DNA of 64,000 nt from Deltaproteobacteria bacterium (GTDB lineage: Bacteria > Myxococcota > Kuafuiibacteriia > Kuafuiibacteriales > Kuafuiibacteriaceae): assembly GCA_040218735.1 (NCBI GenBank), contig JAVJQW010000011.1, positions 352,001 through 416,000 on the forward strand, given 5' to 3'. Position 1 is the stretch's first letter, and every line of letters begins with the position of its first letter. Of the stretch, positions 52,061-61,481 are shown piece after piece. Below the pieces are notes generated by a model that worked only from the letters and a program-made list of their open reading frames with translations, was not told the DNA's origin and made no database searches. A program made the translations under genes and the position numbers.

Positions 52061-52423
52061 ATGACTCGCAAGCTCCTCCCCGAGGACCGCGTCCACCCCG
52101 CCATCCGCGACAAGATCGCCGCGCATCACGCCGACCTCGTCGCCGAGGTCGAAGCCGCGGTCGCCCAACACGACGTGGTCGTCGTCGGCATGGGCCAGAA
52201 CCCGTTCCCCAGGAAGGCCAAGAAAGCGCTCACCGAGGCCGGCGTCGCCTTCCACTACCTAGAGTACGGGAACTATCTGAACACGTGGCGGCCGCGGACC
52301 GCGCTGAAGATGTGGAGCGGCTGGCCGACCTTCCCGATGATCTTCGTGAAGGGCACGCTCGTCGGCGGCTACGACGAGCTGCAGGCGCTCCTCGACGCGG
52401 ACACGCTGAAGTCGATGCTGTAG
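52061..52423 (+). CDS. Glutaredoxin-fold protein lacking cysteine
   Basis: LKMWSGWPTFPMIFVKGTLVGGYD is a monothiol-glutaredoxin signature; the active-site position reads QNPFP. Confidence 0.85.
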   Translation: MTRKLLPEDRVHPAIRDKIAAHHADLVAEVEAAVAQHDVVVVGMGQNPFPRKAKKALTEAGVAFHYLEYGNYLNTWRPRTALKMWSGWPTFPMIFVKGTLVGGYDELQALLDADTLKSML

Positions 52424-52430
52424 GTGCCGA

Positions 52431-53288
52431 CTACTCCTCGTCCGCCGGCTCCGGCGCCTCTTCGGCGGGCGCCTCGGCGGCGGCCTTCTCCGCCTCACAC
52501 GTCGTGAGCTTCTGCTTGCACTCACCGATCGACTTGCCCATCTCGTCGATCTTCTTCGTGCACTTCGCCGCCGAGTCCTGCGCCTTCTTCAGGTTGGCGC
52601 GCGCCTCGACCAGCGCGGCGCGATCCTCGGACGCTTCCGGCGGCACCGCGGCGAACTTCTTGTCGTACTCCTTGCGCGCCTCCTCGGTTTCCTTCCACTG
52701 CTCGCTGTGATCCTTCTCGAGCTCCGCGGACTTCGACAGCTGCTCGGAGAGCTGCACCTTGTAGTCGGCGAGGACGACGTCCTCCTTGCCCGCCGCGTTC
52801 GACTTCGCGACGGCGTCGGCGCGCGAGGACTCCAGATCGGCGTCCGCGGTGATCACCTTCTGCTCCGCGAGCTGCACGCCGAGCTGCGCGTACTCCAACC
52901 CCTCCTCGCGCCACTCGATGTTGGCGTCGTCCGCGTCGACCAGCGCCTCGAGCGCCTTGCCCACCGCCGCGGCGCGCACCGCGCGGTCACCACCGTCGAT
53001 GTCCTGCGCCAGCTCGAGCAGATCGTTGTTGGCGCCAATGCGCTGCACCGTCGTCTCGCGATCGAGCTCGGCCTTCCGCAGGTCGTACTGCGCGCCGCGC
53101 AGGTCGTCCTGCGCCTTTTCGAGATCCTTCTTGGCGTCCTCCAGGTGACGCTCCTTCGTCTGAAGCGCGCCAGCCTCACCGGCGGGGATCGCCTGAACCA
53201 GCTCGGTCGGGACCCGAAGGGACACTCCACCGGACGCACAAGCAACGGTCATCGACGAGAACAGGACGAGAGCAACAGACCGAATCAT
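52431..53288 (-). CDS. Coiled-coil lipoprotein
   Basis: Lipobox TVAC; long heptad-rich helical body. Confidence 0.8.
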   Translation of the reverse strand: MIRSVALVLFSSMTVACASGGVSLRVPTELVQAIPAGEAGALQTKERHLEDAKKDLEKAQDDLRGAQYDLRKAELDRETTVQRIGANNDLLELAQDIDGGDRAVRAAAVGKALEALVDADDANIEWREEGLEYAQLGVQLAEQKVITADADLESSRADAVAKSNAAGKEDVVLADYKVQLSEQLSKSAELEKDHSEQWKETEEARKEYDKKFAAVPPEASEDRAALVEARANLKKAQDSAAKCTKKIDEMGKSIGECKQKLTTCEAEKAAAEAPAEEAPEPADEE

Positions 53289-53374
53289 GGCGCCGTTAGA
53301 ACAGGGTGCGCGACGATTGTCAGGTCCCCCCTCCCCGCCTGGCCAAATTCCTCGGATTGAGATTCGTTGTCGGC

Positions 53375-54127
53375 ATGCGCGTTTCGATCCTCGGCGCCCT
53401 CCTCCTGACGCTCGCGCCCGCCGCCGCGCTCGCGCGACCGACGGTCCTCCCGGACCGCACGCTCCGCGTCGACTTCGCACCGACGGACTTCACGATCCTC
53501 AACACCGGTGCGATCGGCGGCCGGCGCGGGTTCGTCGTCGGCTCCAACGCCCCCAACGATCCGCGGATCGGGATGGGCCTCGGCCTGTCACTCGGACTCA
53601 CCGGCCGCGCCGAAGCGGGCATCCTGTTCCTCCCGCTCGCGCTCTCGCCGGACAACGGCTACGGCGACATCACGTTCCACTCCCGCTACCGCGTCCTCGG
53701 GGGGAGCTTCGAGCTCGCGCTCCAGCTCGCGGTGCAGATACCCACCGACACGAACTTCGGGCTGGGGCTCGGCGCACCGATCATCTTTCACCTCGGCAAC
53801 CTCGACATCGAGACCGGCGCCGAGCTCGAGCTGATCTTCTCGGACAACACCGTCGCCAACCTCGACATCCCGGTGTCGTTCCTCTTCGACATCAACCGCT
53901 CGCTCTTCTTCGGCGTCCGGACCGGGTTCTTCTTCGCGAACATCGACAACCTCTACATCCCGCTCGGCCCCGTCGTCGGGGCGCGCATCGCGATGTCCGG
54001 GAGCCTGCGGCTCGAGCCCATCGCCGCGTTTGTCTTCGAGCAGTTCGTCTCGACGGACGGCTCGGGCCCCATCGTCACCGACGTCTGGACCCTCCAGGTC
54101 GGCGCCAACCTCCGCTTCCGCCTCTGA
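53375..54127 (+). CDS. Putative outer-membrane beta-barrel protein
   Basis: Signal peptide; amphipathic strands; C-terminal QVGANLRFRL. Confidence 0.75.
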   Translation: MRVSILGALLLTLAPAAALARPTVLPDRTLRVDFAPTDFTILNTGAIGGRRGFVVGSNAPNDPRIGMGLGLSLGLTGRAEAGILFLPLALSPDNGYGDITFHSRYRVLGGSFELALQLAVQIPTDTNFGLGLGAPIIFHLGNLDIETGAELELIFSDNTVANLDIPVSFLFDINRSLFFGVRTGFFFANIDNLYIPLGPVVGARIAMSGSLRLEPIAAFVFEQFVSTDGSGPIVTDVWTLQVGANLRFRL

Positions 54128-54158
54128 CCGCGGGTTCGATCGGTGGTAGAGCGAGCGC

Positions 54159-55538
54159 GTGCCCGCCTCGAGCTCCATCGCCGGCCGCGCGACCCGCGTC
54201 GTGCTCGGCGGCCTCCTGCTCGCGAGCCTCGCGCTGGTGGCTCACGCGTTGCGGATGCAGAGCGCGGACCCCGCCTGGAGCGACAAGCTCCTGACGTGGG
54301 GCGGCGTCGCCTCGGTCGCGTTCGCGGTGATGTTGGTGCTCCCGACGAACCTGCGGATCAACCTGACGCTGTCGCTCGTGATGGCCGGCCTGTGTGCGTT
54401 CGTCTTCAACCTCTACCTCGCGTACACGCCACCGCCGATCGTCCGGAAGGCGGAGGCGATCCTCGACAAACGCAAGAGCACCCCGGGCTTCGATCTCCGC
54501 TCGCCGCTCGACGTCGTCCGCGACCTCCGCAAGGACGGCGTGCAGGCGGTGCCCGCGCTCTTCGGCATCAACGCGGTCGACGATCCGAAGCGCCCCGACG
54601 GGCTCCTCCCCCTCATCGGGATCTCCACGGCCACGACGGTGCTGTGCAACGAGGTCGGTGAGTTCGCGATCTTCACCGCCGACGAACACGGCCACCGCAA
54701 CCCCGTCATCCCGGAGCGCGCCGACGTCGTGCTCGTCGGCGACTCGTTCATGCAGGGCCAGTGCGTCGGCCCCGGAAAGGACATCGCCGGTTTGCTCCGC
54801 GCCCGCGGGTTCACCGTGTACAACCTCGGCAGCAGCGGCAACGGGCCGGTCCTGAACCTCGCCGCGCTCCTCGAGTACGGGCTCGCGAAGAAGCCGAAGA
54901 TCGTGCTGTGGGGCTACGCCGGAAACGACCCGGGCGACCTGAGGCACGAGCTCCTGAACCCGCGGCTGCGCCAGTACCTCGAGGACCCCGACACGCTGCA
55001 GAACCTCGTGGAGCGCCAGGACGAGATCGACACGTACTGGCGCGCGCACCTCGACCGGCAGAACTACCTGGAGCCCAAACCCAAGAAGGAGACGAAGTGG
55101 GCGCCGCGCGCTCCGACCTTCACCGAGCTCGTGACGCTGTATCAGCTCCGGCGACTGCTCGGGCTGCGGCGCGCGAAGCAGGGCGCGTGGAAGGACTCGT
55201 TCCGTCGCGCGTTGACCCTCGCGCGGGAGCGCGTGCGTGCCGGTGGCGGGGAGATGTACTTCGTGCCGTTCCCGTACTTCGAATACGTGACGTCGAAGCC
55301 GGACGCGCCGCGCGCGATCTTCGAGATCGTGGCGCCGACCGGCGTCCCGACGGTGGATCTCGACCGGCCGTTCCTCGACCACGCGGATCCCGAGTCGCTG
55401 TTCCCGCTGCGGATGCCGGGGCACTTCTCGGAGGCCGGCTACGCGTTCGTCGCGGAGCGGCTCGCCGCGTCCGCGCTGAAGGGGATCACGCCCTCGGGGG
55501 CCACCGAGGGGGTGCCCACGGGCGACAACCTGCCCTAG
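54159..55538 (+). CDS. Membrane-anchored SGNH/AlgJ-AlgX-like protein
   Basis: Three TM helices; VGDSF, NLG, GND, PGHFS. Confidence 0.75.
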   Translation: MPASSSIAGRATRVVLGGLLLASLALVAHALRMQSADPAWSDKLLTWGGVASVAFAVMLVLPTNLRINLTLSLVMAGLCAFVFNLYLAYTPPPIVRKAEAILDKRKSTPGFDLRSPLDVVRDLRKDGVQAVPALFGINAVDDPKRPDGLLPLIGISTATTVLCNEVGEFAIFTADEHGHRNPVIPERADVVLVGDSFMQGQCVGPGKDIAGLLRARGFTVYNLGSSGNGPVLNLAALLEYGLAKKPKIVLWGYAGNDPGDLRHELLNPRLRQYLEDPDTLQNLVERQDEIDTYWRAHLDRQNYLEPKPKKETKWAPRAPTFTELVTLYQLRRLLGLRRAKQGAWKDSFRRALTLARERVRAGGGEMYFVPFPYFEYVTSKPDAPRAIFEIVAPTGVPTVDLDRPFLDHADPESLFPLRMPGHFSEAGYAFVAERLAASALKGITPSGATEGVPTGDNLP

Positions 55539-55549
55539 AGTCGCGCCGG

Positions 55550-56785
55550 GTGGTCGCCAAGAAGCAGGATCGGCTGTTCAACCCGAACGGCCGCAAGCAC
55601 TACCGGCGCAAGTACAACCTCACGGAGGTGCGGATCGGCGCGGCGATCTTGCTCATGCTCGGCGCCGTGCTGGCTTGGGTCCTGTACAAGGGCCAACACC
55701 CCGACCCGGAGATCTACGCATCGAGCCCCGGCCAGGCGAACCGCGCGCCGACCAAAGCGATCGAGCGCGGACCCGTGCCGAAGGGGCTCGCGATGGAGGG
55801 CTGGCGGGAGGGTGAGCTGTCGACCTTCGACGACTCGAACCTCTACGAGAAGATCGACGGGCGCGAGGGCTTCTACAAGTCGTTCGGCTTCCAGCGCCTG
55901 TACTTCATCGCGCTCGGGAAGAAGGACGACCTCGCGGTCACCGTCGACATCGAGCTGTACGACCTCGGCTCCGGCGCCAACGCGCTGGGCGCCTTCTCGG
56001 GGGAGATTCCGCCCAACGCGTCGCCCGAGATCGGGGACGGCGGTTTGTCGGTCATCGATCGCAACGCGCTGTTCATGACGCGCGGGCGCTTCTACGCGCG
56101 CGGCATCGGCGCGGACGAGTCCGAAGCGGTGAAGGCGCAGCTCGCGTTCACGGCGGACACGCTCGCGAAGGGCCTGGAGGGTGAGGCGCTCCCGTGGAGC
56201 TACGCGCTGTTCGTGAGCGGGCTCGGCATCAACCCCGGCAAGGTCTCCTACCAGCCGGAGAACGCGTTCGGGTTCTCGTTCGCGAACGACGTGCACACCG
56301 CGATGCTCGAGGACGGCGAGACGGAGGTCTTCGTGGTCTCGCAGGCCGACGCGGCGGCGGCGACGGCGCTCGCGAAGTCGTTCGACGAAGGGTTCCTTCA
56401 GTACGGCGAGGTCAGTAAGACCGACGCTGGCGTGAAGTGGGTCGCGGACCGCTACCTGAACCGGGTGTCGGGCGCGAAGGCCGCGGACGTGTTCGTCGTC
56501 GGCGTGCGCTCCGCGGAGGACGTCGAGAAGGCCCAAGCGGCGCTCGCCAAGCTGGAGGCGGCGGTCGCGAAGATGTCGCCGGAGCAGAAGGCCCGCGCGC
56601 TCGACAAACCGAAGATCACCGGGTCGGGCGGCTACGACGACGCGCCCGAGGAGGCACCGGCCGAGGGCGAGCCTTCGCCGGAGGGCGAGCCTTCGTCGGA
56701 GGGCGAGCCTTCGTCGGAGGGTGAGCCGAGCTACGAGGGCGAGCCGCCGTCCGAGGGTGAGCCGAGCTACGAGGAGGGGTACTGA
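55550..56785 (+). CDS. DUF6599-like membrane-anchored protein with an acidic repeat tail
   Basis: NLYEKIDG, YKSFGF, IELYDLG...ALGAFS, GRFY; one TM helix; TGATG overlap with the next gene. Confidence 0.7.
   Translation: MVAKKQDRLFNPNGRKHYRRKYNLTEVRIGAAILLMLGAVLAWVLYKGQHPDPEIYASSPGQANRAPTKAIERGPVPKGLAMEGWREGELSTFDDSNLYEKIDGREGFYKSFGFQRLYFIALGKKDDLAVTVDIELYDLGSGANALGAFSGEIPPNASPEIGDGGLSVIDRNALFMTRGRFYARGIGADESEAVKAQLAFTADTLAKGLEGEALPWSYALFVSGLGINPGKVSYQPENAFGFSFANDVHTAMLEDGETEVFVVSQADAAAATALAKSFDEGFLQYGEVSKTDAGVKWVADRYLNRVSGAKAADVFVVGVRSAEDVEKAQAALAKLEAAVAKMSPEQKARALDKPKITGSGGYDDAPEEAPAEGEPSPEGEPSSEGEPSSEGEPSYEGEPPSEGEPSYEEGY
56663..56770 (+). repeat. Six in-frame 18-bp tandem repeats (EGEPxx)
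   Basis: GAGGGYGAGCC-N7 x6 encoding EGEPSP EGEPSS EGEPSS EGEPSY EGEPPS EGEPSY. Confidence 0.95.
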
Positions 56786-57963
56786 TGAAGAACCTGACGC
56801 GGCGGCAGATGCTCGCCGTCGGCACGGGCGCGGTGGGTGCTTCGATGCTCGGCGCCACGATCGGCGCGACGCGCTTGGAGGCCGCCGAGCCGCAGGTGCC
56901 GAAGAAGCGCCTCGGCAAGACCGGCGTCGACGTCCCGATCCTCGCGATGGGGATGGCGATGAAGTTCCACCCCCGCTTCGACCCGCGCCTCGCGGAGGCT
57001 GCGCGGCTCGGCGTCACGTACTTCGACACCGGCTACGTCTACGCGGGGGGCACGGTGGAGAGCGCCGTCGGGAGCTTTCACACGCGCGCGCGCAACCGCA
57101 AGGCGCTGTTCCTCTCCGGGAAGACGGAGCGCCACGACCGCGTCGAGAAGGACCTGCAAGACGGCTTGCGCAAGGCGCGCACGGACCACTTCGACCTGTA
57201 CATGCTGCACGGGCTCGGCGACCCGAAGACGCTGAACGCCGACATGGCGAAGCTCGTCGAGCGCCTGAAGAAGGAAGGCAAGATCCGCCACTTCGGCTTC
57301 TCGTGCCACGACGGCAACGTCCCCGAGCTCCTCCAGCTCGCGGCGAAGACGCCGTGGGTGGAGGTCGTCCAGTTCCGCTACAACTTCCGGCAGTACGGCG
57401 ACAAGAAGCTCAACGCCGCGATCGACGCCGCCGCGAAGGCCAACGTCGGGCTCGTCGCAATGAAGACGCAGGGCTCGGAGGCGTCGTTCACCGACGCGTG
57501 GAAGAAGTACGAAAAGACCGGCAAGTGGAACAAGTTCCAGGCGGTGATGAAGGCGGTGTGGGCCGACGAGCGGATCACGTCGATCGTCTCGCACATGGAT
57601 ACGTTCGAGAAGCTGAAGTCGAACGCGAAGGCCGCGATGTCGCGCGGCGAGATGGGCGCGGCGGACTGGGACGCACTGGAGCGTTACGCGAAGGCGACGC
57701 GACACCTCGCGTGTGACGGCTGTGATCACCACTGCAGCGCGGCGCTCGATCGCTCGGTGCCGTCCGTGCCGATCGGGACGGCGATGCGGTTCTTGATGTA
57801 CCACGACGCCTACGGCGAGACGGCGAAGGCCAAGGCGCTGTTCTCCGCGCTGGACCGTGATGTGATTCGCGCCGCCGACTTCTCCGCTTGCCAGGCGGCG
57901 TGCCCGCACGGCGTGGACGTCGCGCAGCACATGGACCGCGCGAAGCGACTCTTCATCGTCTGA
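56785..57963 (+). CDS. Tat-signal aldo/keto reductase with a C-terminal Cys (Fe-S-like) domain
   Basis: TRRQML; LGKTG, FDTGYVY, YMLHG, GKIRHFGFSCH, AMKT; CDGCDHHC and CQAACP. Confidence 0.9.
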   Translation: MKNLTRRQMLAVGTGAVGASMLGATIGATRLEAAEPQVPKKRLGKTGVDVPILAMGMAMKFHPRFDPRLAEAARLGVTYFDTGYVYAGGTVESAVGSFHTRARNRKALFLSGKTERHDRVEKDLQDGLRKARTDHFDLYMLHGLGDPKTLNADMAKLVERLKKEGKIRHFGFSCHDGNVPELLQLAAKTPWVEVVQFRYNFRQYGDKKLNAAIDAAAKANVGLVAMKTQGSEASFTDAWKKYEKTGKWNKFQAVMKAVWADERITSIVSHMDTFEKLKSNAKAAMSRGEMGAADWDALERYAKATRHLACDGCDHHCSAALDRSVPSVPIGTAMRFLMYHDAYGETAKAKALFSALDRDVIRAADFSACQAACPHGVDVAQHMDRAKRLFIV

Positions 57964-57965
57964 TC

Positions 57966-59633
57966 ATGATCGACACACTCAACCACATCGTTTGGGGCTT
58001 CCCGGAGCAGCTGCCCTGGCTGATCGCCCTCCTCCTCGGCGCCGGTGCGTTCGTCACCTTCCGCCTCGGCTTCATCCAGGTGCGCCAGGTCTGGCACGCA
58101 CTGATGGTCGTCGCCGGCAAGTACGACGACCCGGAGCACGAAGGTGACATCAGCCACTTCGCGGCGCTGTCGACGGCGCTCTCCGCGACCGTCGGCATCG
58201 GCAATATCGCCGGCGTCGCGACCGCCATTCACTACGGCGGTCCGGGTGCGCTCGTCTGGATGTGGCTCACCGCGTTCTTCGGCATGGCGCTCAAGTACGC
58301 GGAGTGCACGTTGTCGATGCAGTACCGCGCGTTCGACGACGACGGGAACGCGGCGGGCGGCCCGATGTATTACATCGAGCAAGGCCTCGGCCCGCGCTTC
58401 AAGTGGATGGCCGCGTTCTTCGCGGCGTGTGCGGTCGTCGCGTCGTTCGGCGGCGGTAACATGAACCAGGCGAACACCGTCGCGGTCAGCGCGCAGGCCG
58501 AGCTGGGTGTGTCGCCGTACGTCGTGGGTGCGATCGCCTCCGTGTTGGTCGGCGTGGTCATCCTCGGCGGCATCAAGCGCATCGCGCAGGTCTCCTCGAA
58601 GCTCGCGCCGTCGATGGCGGCGCTCTACGTGCTCGGCGCGCTGACGATCATCGTGCTCAACTGGCGCGACCTCCCCGAGACGTTCACCGCGATCCGCCAC
58701 GGCTTCCTGAACCCGGCCGCGAGCCTCGGTGGGTCGGTGGCCGGAGTCTTCTCCATCACGCTGTTGTGGGGGGTGAAGCGCGGCCTGTTCTCGAACGAAG
58801 CGGGCCAAGGCTCCGCGCCGATCGCCCACGCCGCCGCGAAGACCGACGAACCCGTGCGCGAAGGCCTCGTCGCAATGCTCGGGCCGCTGATCGACACGCT
58901 GATCATCTGCACCCTGACCGGCGTCGTGATCGTCATGACCGGCGTCTGGGACGAAAAGCGGGAGAGCGAGATGCCGATCGAGGCGGCCACCGCCATCCCC
59001 GTGCACTTCTTCGCGATGGGCGGCGACGCCGAGGCGCAGTGGATCGGCGACGCGCTCGCGAAGCTCGAGACCGTCGACAGCGCGACGGTCGCCCAGTCGA
59101 TCGAGGTGAGCGGCGGCGACCAGGGCCGCGTGCACTTCGTCGCGGCGGACGGGACGATCGACAACGCCGTCGTGCTGAAGGACGACCAACCCTTCGACGG
59201 CACGATGACCATCAACTTCGCGACGGGGGCCGTCACTCCGGACGGCCTGCGGCTGCGCGGGCTGACGCTTCAGAACAGCTCGGCGCTGACCGCGTTTGCG
59301 TTCGACCGGGGCCTCTCGAAGATCACGAACAGCGGCTCCTGGATCGTCACGCTCTGTGTCTTCCTGTTCGCGCTGTCGACGATGATCTCGTGGTCGTACT
59401 ACGGCGACCGGTGTGTCACGTACCTCGCCGGCTCCAAGTACGTGCTCGCGTACCGGGTCATCTACACCGGCTTCGTGTTCCTCGGCTCGGTGCTCGCGCT
59501 GGAGGTCGTGTGGGGCTTCGGGGATCTCGCGCTCGGGCTGATGACGGTGCCGAACCTCATCGCCGTGCTGCTCTTGTCACCGAAGGTCGTCGCCGCGACG
59601 AAGGACTACGTGCAGCGGATGAAGGCCTCGTGA
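57966..59633 (+). CDS. Alanine/glycine:cation symporter (AGCS family)
   Basis: ATVGIGNIAGVA, GGPGALVWMW, GGPMYY, RGLFSNEAGQGSAP, IDTLIICT, WSYYG. Confidence 0.95.
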   Translation: MIDTLNHIVWGFPEQLPWLIALLLGAGAFVTFRLGFIQVRQVWHALMVVAGKYDDPEHEGDISHFAALSTALSATVGIGNIAGVATAIHYGGPGALVWMWLTAFFGMALKYAECTLSMQYRAFDDDGNAAGGPMYYIEQGLGPRFKWMAAFFAACAVVASFGGGNMNQANTVAVSAQAELGVSPYVVGAIASVLVGVVILGGIKRIAQVSSKLAPSMAALYVLGALTIIVLNWRDLPETFTAIRHGFLNPAASLGGSVAGVFSITLLWGVKRGLFSNEAGQGSAPIAHAAAKTDEPVREGLVAMLGPLIDTLIICTLTGVVIVMTGVWDEKRESEMPIEAATAIPVHFFAMGGDAEAQWIGDALAKLETVDSATVAQSIEVSGGDQGRVHFVAADGTIDNAVVLKDDQPFDGTMTINFATGAVTPDGLRLRGLTLQNSSALTAFAFDRGLSKITNSGSWIVTLCVFLFALSTMISWSYYGDRCVTYLAGSKYVLAYRVIYTGFVFLGSVLALEVVWGFGDLALGLMTVPNLIAVLLLSPKVVAATKDYVQRMKAS

Positions 59634-59956
59634 GCACCACTCGGCGCAACGTGCTGATCGGCCTCGGCGCGATCGCCGCCGCCGGCGGCGCGTGGGCGCT
59701 GAAGGACGAGCTCGCCGAGGACTATGGGCTGCTGACTTCGCTCGACGCCGCGAAGAGCCTCGGCGTCGCGTACATCGCCGAGCACGGCGCGCCGGACCTC
59801 GGGGCGCTCGAAACGTTGCTCGGCGACGGCGACCCATCGGAGCGCCTCGTCAGCCAAGTGCGCGAGGACTTCACCGCGGGCCGCATCGTCCAGATCCAGG
59901 GGTGGTTCTTCTCGAAGACCGAAGCCGACCTGTGTGCGCTGGTCGCGAGGGGCTGA
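59630..59956 (+). CDS. Small Tat-signal protein, probable partner of the downstream flavoprotein
   Basis: STTRRNVLIG; REDF..GRIV...GWFFS.TEA; GTGA overlap upstream and 1-nt gap downstream. Confidence 0.8.
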   Translation: MSTTRRNVLIGLGAIAAAGGAWALKDELAEDYGLLTSLDAAKSLGVAYIAEHGAPDLGALETLLGDGDPSERLVSQVREDFTAGRIVQIQGWFFSKTEADLCALVARG

Positions 59957-59957
59957 C

Positions 59958-61481
59958 GTGGGCCGGTTCCTCGACGGGCGCAAACAGAGCGGCGACGTCC
60001 AAGCCGACGTGTGTGTGATCGGCGGCGGCGCCGCGGGCATCTCGGCGGCGCTCGAGCTCGCCGACGGCCCGCGCGGCGTCACGCTACTGGAGGCCGGGGG
60101 CGACCAGCTCGACCCGGAGTACCAGGAGCTGTACCGCGCGACGCAAGTCGGCTTGCGCACCGACACTCTGCAGCACAACCGCTGGCGGGTGTTCGGCGGG
60201 ACGACCGGGCACTGGGGCGGCTGGTGCCGTCCGTTCGATCCGATCGACTTCGAAAAACGCGACTGGGTCCCGCACTCCGGTTGGCCCTTCCCACGCGAGG
60301 CCCTCGACGACGCCTACCGCCGCGCGAGCGCGCTGTGTCAGATCCCGTTCGGCTACGACGCCAAGGCCGAGACCCCACCCAGCGACCAACACCTGTTCGA
60401 GTCGAACGACGACCTCGAGAACATGGTCTTCCGCGTCAGCCCGCCGACGCGCTTCGGGACGGTGTATCGGTCCCAGCTCGAGGCCGCGAAGAACGTCGAC
60501 GTCATGCTCCACGCGAGCGTCGTCGACTTCGAGCTGGACGCCGACAAAACGCACCTCGTCGCCGTGAAGGTTCAGCCCCTCGGCGGGACGGCGTTCCGCG
60601 TGCGCGCGAAACACTTCGTCCTCGCGGTCGGCGCCGTCGAGACGGCGCGGCTCCTCCTGAACTGCACGAACCAACACGCCGCGGGGCTCGGCAACGAACA
60701 CGACCTCGTAGGCCGCTTCTTCATGCAACACCTCGAGCTGCGGAAGATCCGTTGGGTCGCGCCCTCCCCCGATGCGCGAGGGCGAATGAAGCGCGCCACG
60801 GTCTCCGAGGACGCACGGATGGCGGTGCGCGTCGCGCCACACGCCCAGCGCAAACGGCAGCTCCTCAACCAACACTTCCTCGTCGGCGCCTTCGCGGACA
60901 GCCGCTCCGGAGGCGTGGTCGAGGTGATGAAGAAGAAGTACCGCCGCCAGCGGGACCTCTCCGCCGTCGACCGCGCCGCACACGAGCTAGCGCTCGACGT
61001 GGACGGCCGCTCGATTCGTCCGCGCACGATGTACTTCGCGGACATGCTCGAGCGCCCCGAGCAGGCCCCGAACCCCGACAGCCGCCTGACGCTCGACGAG
61101 GAGCGCGACGCCCTCGGCCTCCGTCGCACCGTCATGAACTGGCGCTTCACCGAGCTCGACAAACGATCGCTGCTCGACACCCAGCGCCTCGTCGCCGAGA
61201 GCCTCGGCAAACGAGCGCTAGGTCGCGTGCGGTGCTGGGCGGACGGCTTCGATCCCCTCGACCCGCAGGAGCCGCTGCACGGCGGGCATCACCACATGGG
61301 GACGGCGCGGATGCACGACGACCCCAAGCAAGGCGTCTGCGACGCCGCGTGCCGCGTCCACGGCGTGCCGAACCTGTGGATCGCGGGGAGCGCGACGTTC
61401 CCGACCTCGGGTTACGCGAACCCGACGCTCACGATCGTCGCGATGGCGGTCCGCGTGGCGCGGGCGATCAACGCGAGCTGA
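59958..61481 (+). CDS. GMC-family flavoprotein oxidoreductase
   Basis: IGGGAAG, FGGTTGHWGG, VGRFFMQH, HHMGTARM, NPTLT; no signal peptide. Confidence 0.92.
   Translation: MGRFLDGRKQSGDVQADVCVIGGGAAGISAALELADGPRGVTLLEAGGDQLDPEYQELYRATQVGLRTDTLQHNRWRVFGGTTGHWGGWCRPFDPIDFEKRDWVPHSGWPFPREALDDAYRRASALCQIPFGYDAKAETPPSDQHLFESNDDLENMVFRVSPPTRFGTVYRSQLEAAKNVDVMLHASVVDFELDADKTHLVAVKVQPLGGTAFRVRAKHFVLAVGAVETARLLLNCTNQHAAGLGNEHDLVGRFFMQHLELRKIRWVAPSPDARGRMKRATVSEDARMAVRVAPHAQRKRQLLNQHFLVGAFADSRSGGVVEVMKKKYRRQRDLSAVDRAAHELALDVDGRSIRPRTMYFADMLERPEQAPNPDSRLTLDEERDALGLRRTVMNWRFTELDKRSLLDTQRLVAESLGKRALGRVRCWADGFDPLDPQEPLHGGHHHMGTARMHDDPKQGVCDAACRVHGVPNLWIAGSATFPTSGYANPTLTIVAMAVRVARAINAS

Noticed and set aside
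53357-53373. Fur-box-like TTGAGATTCGTTGTCGG before the beta-barrel gene
   Set aside because: About 10 of 15 matches, poor symmetry, and no iron-uptake context.
56663-56770. Tandem repeats as a possible CRISPR array (also the repeats in 16900-21220)
   Set aside because: In-frame coding repeats with no unique spacers and no cas genes.
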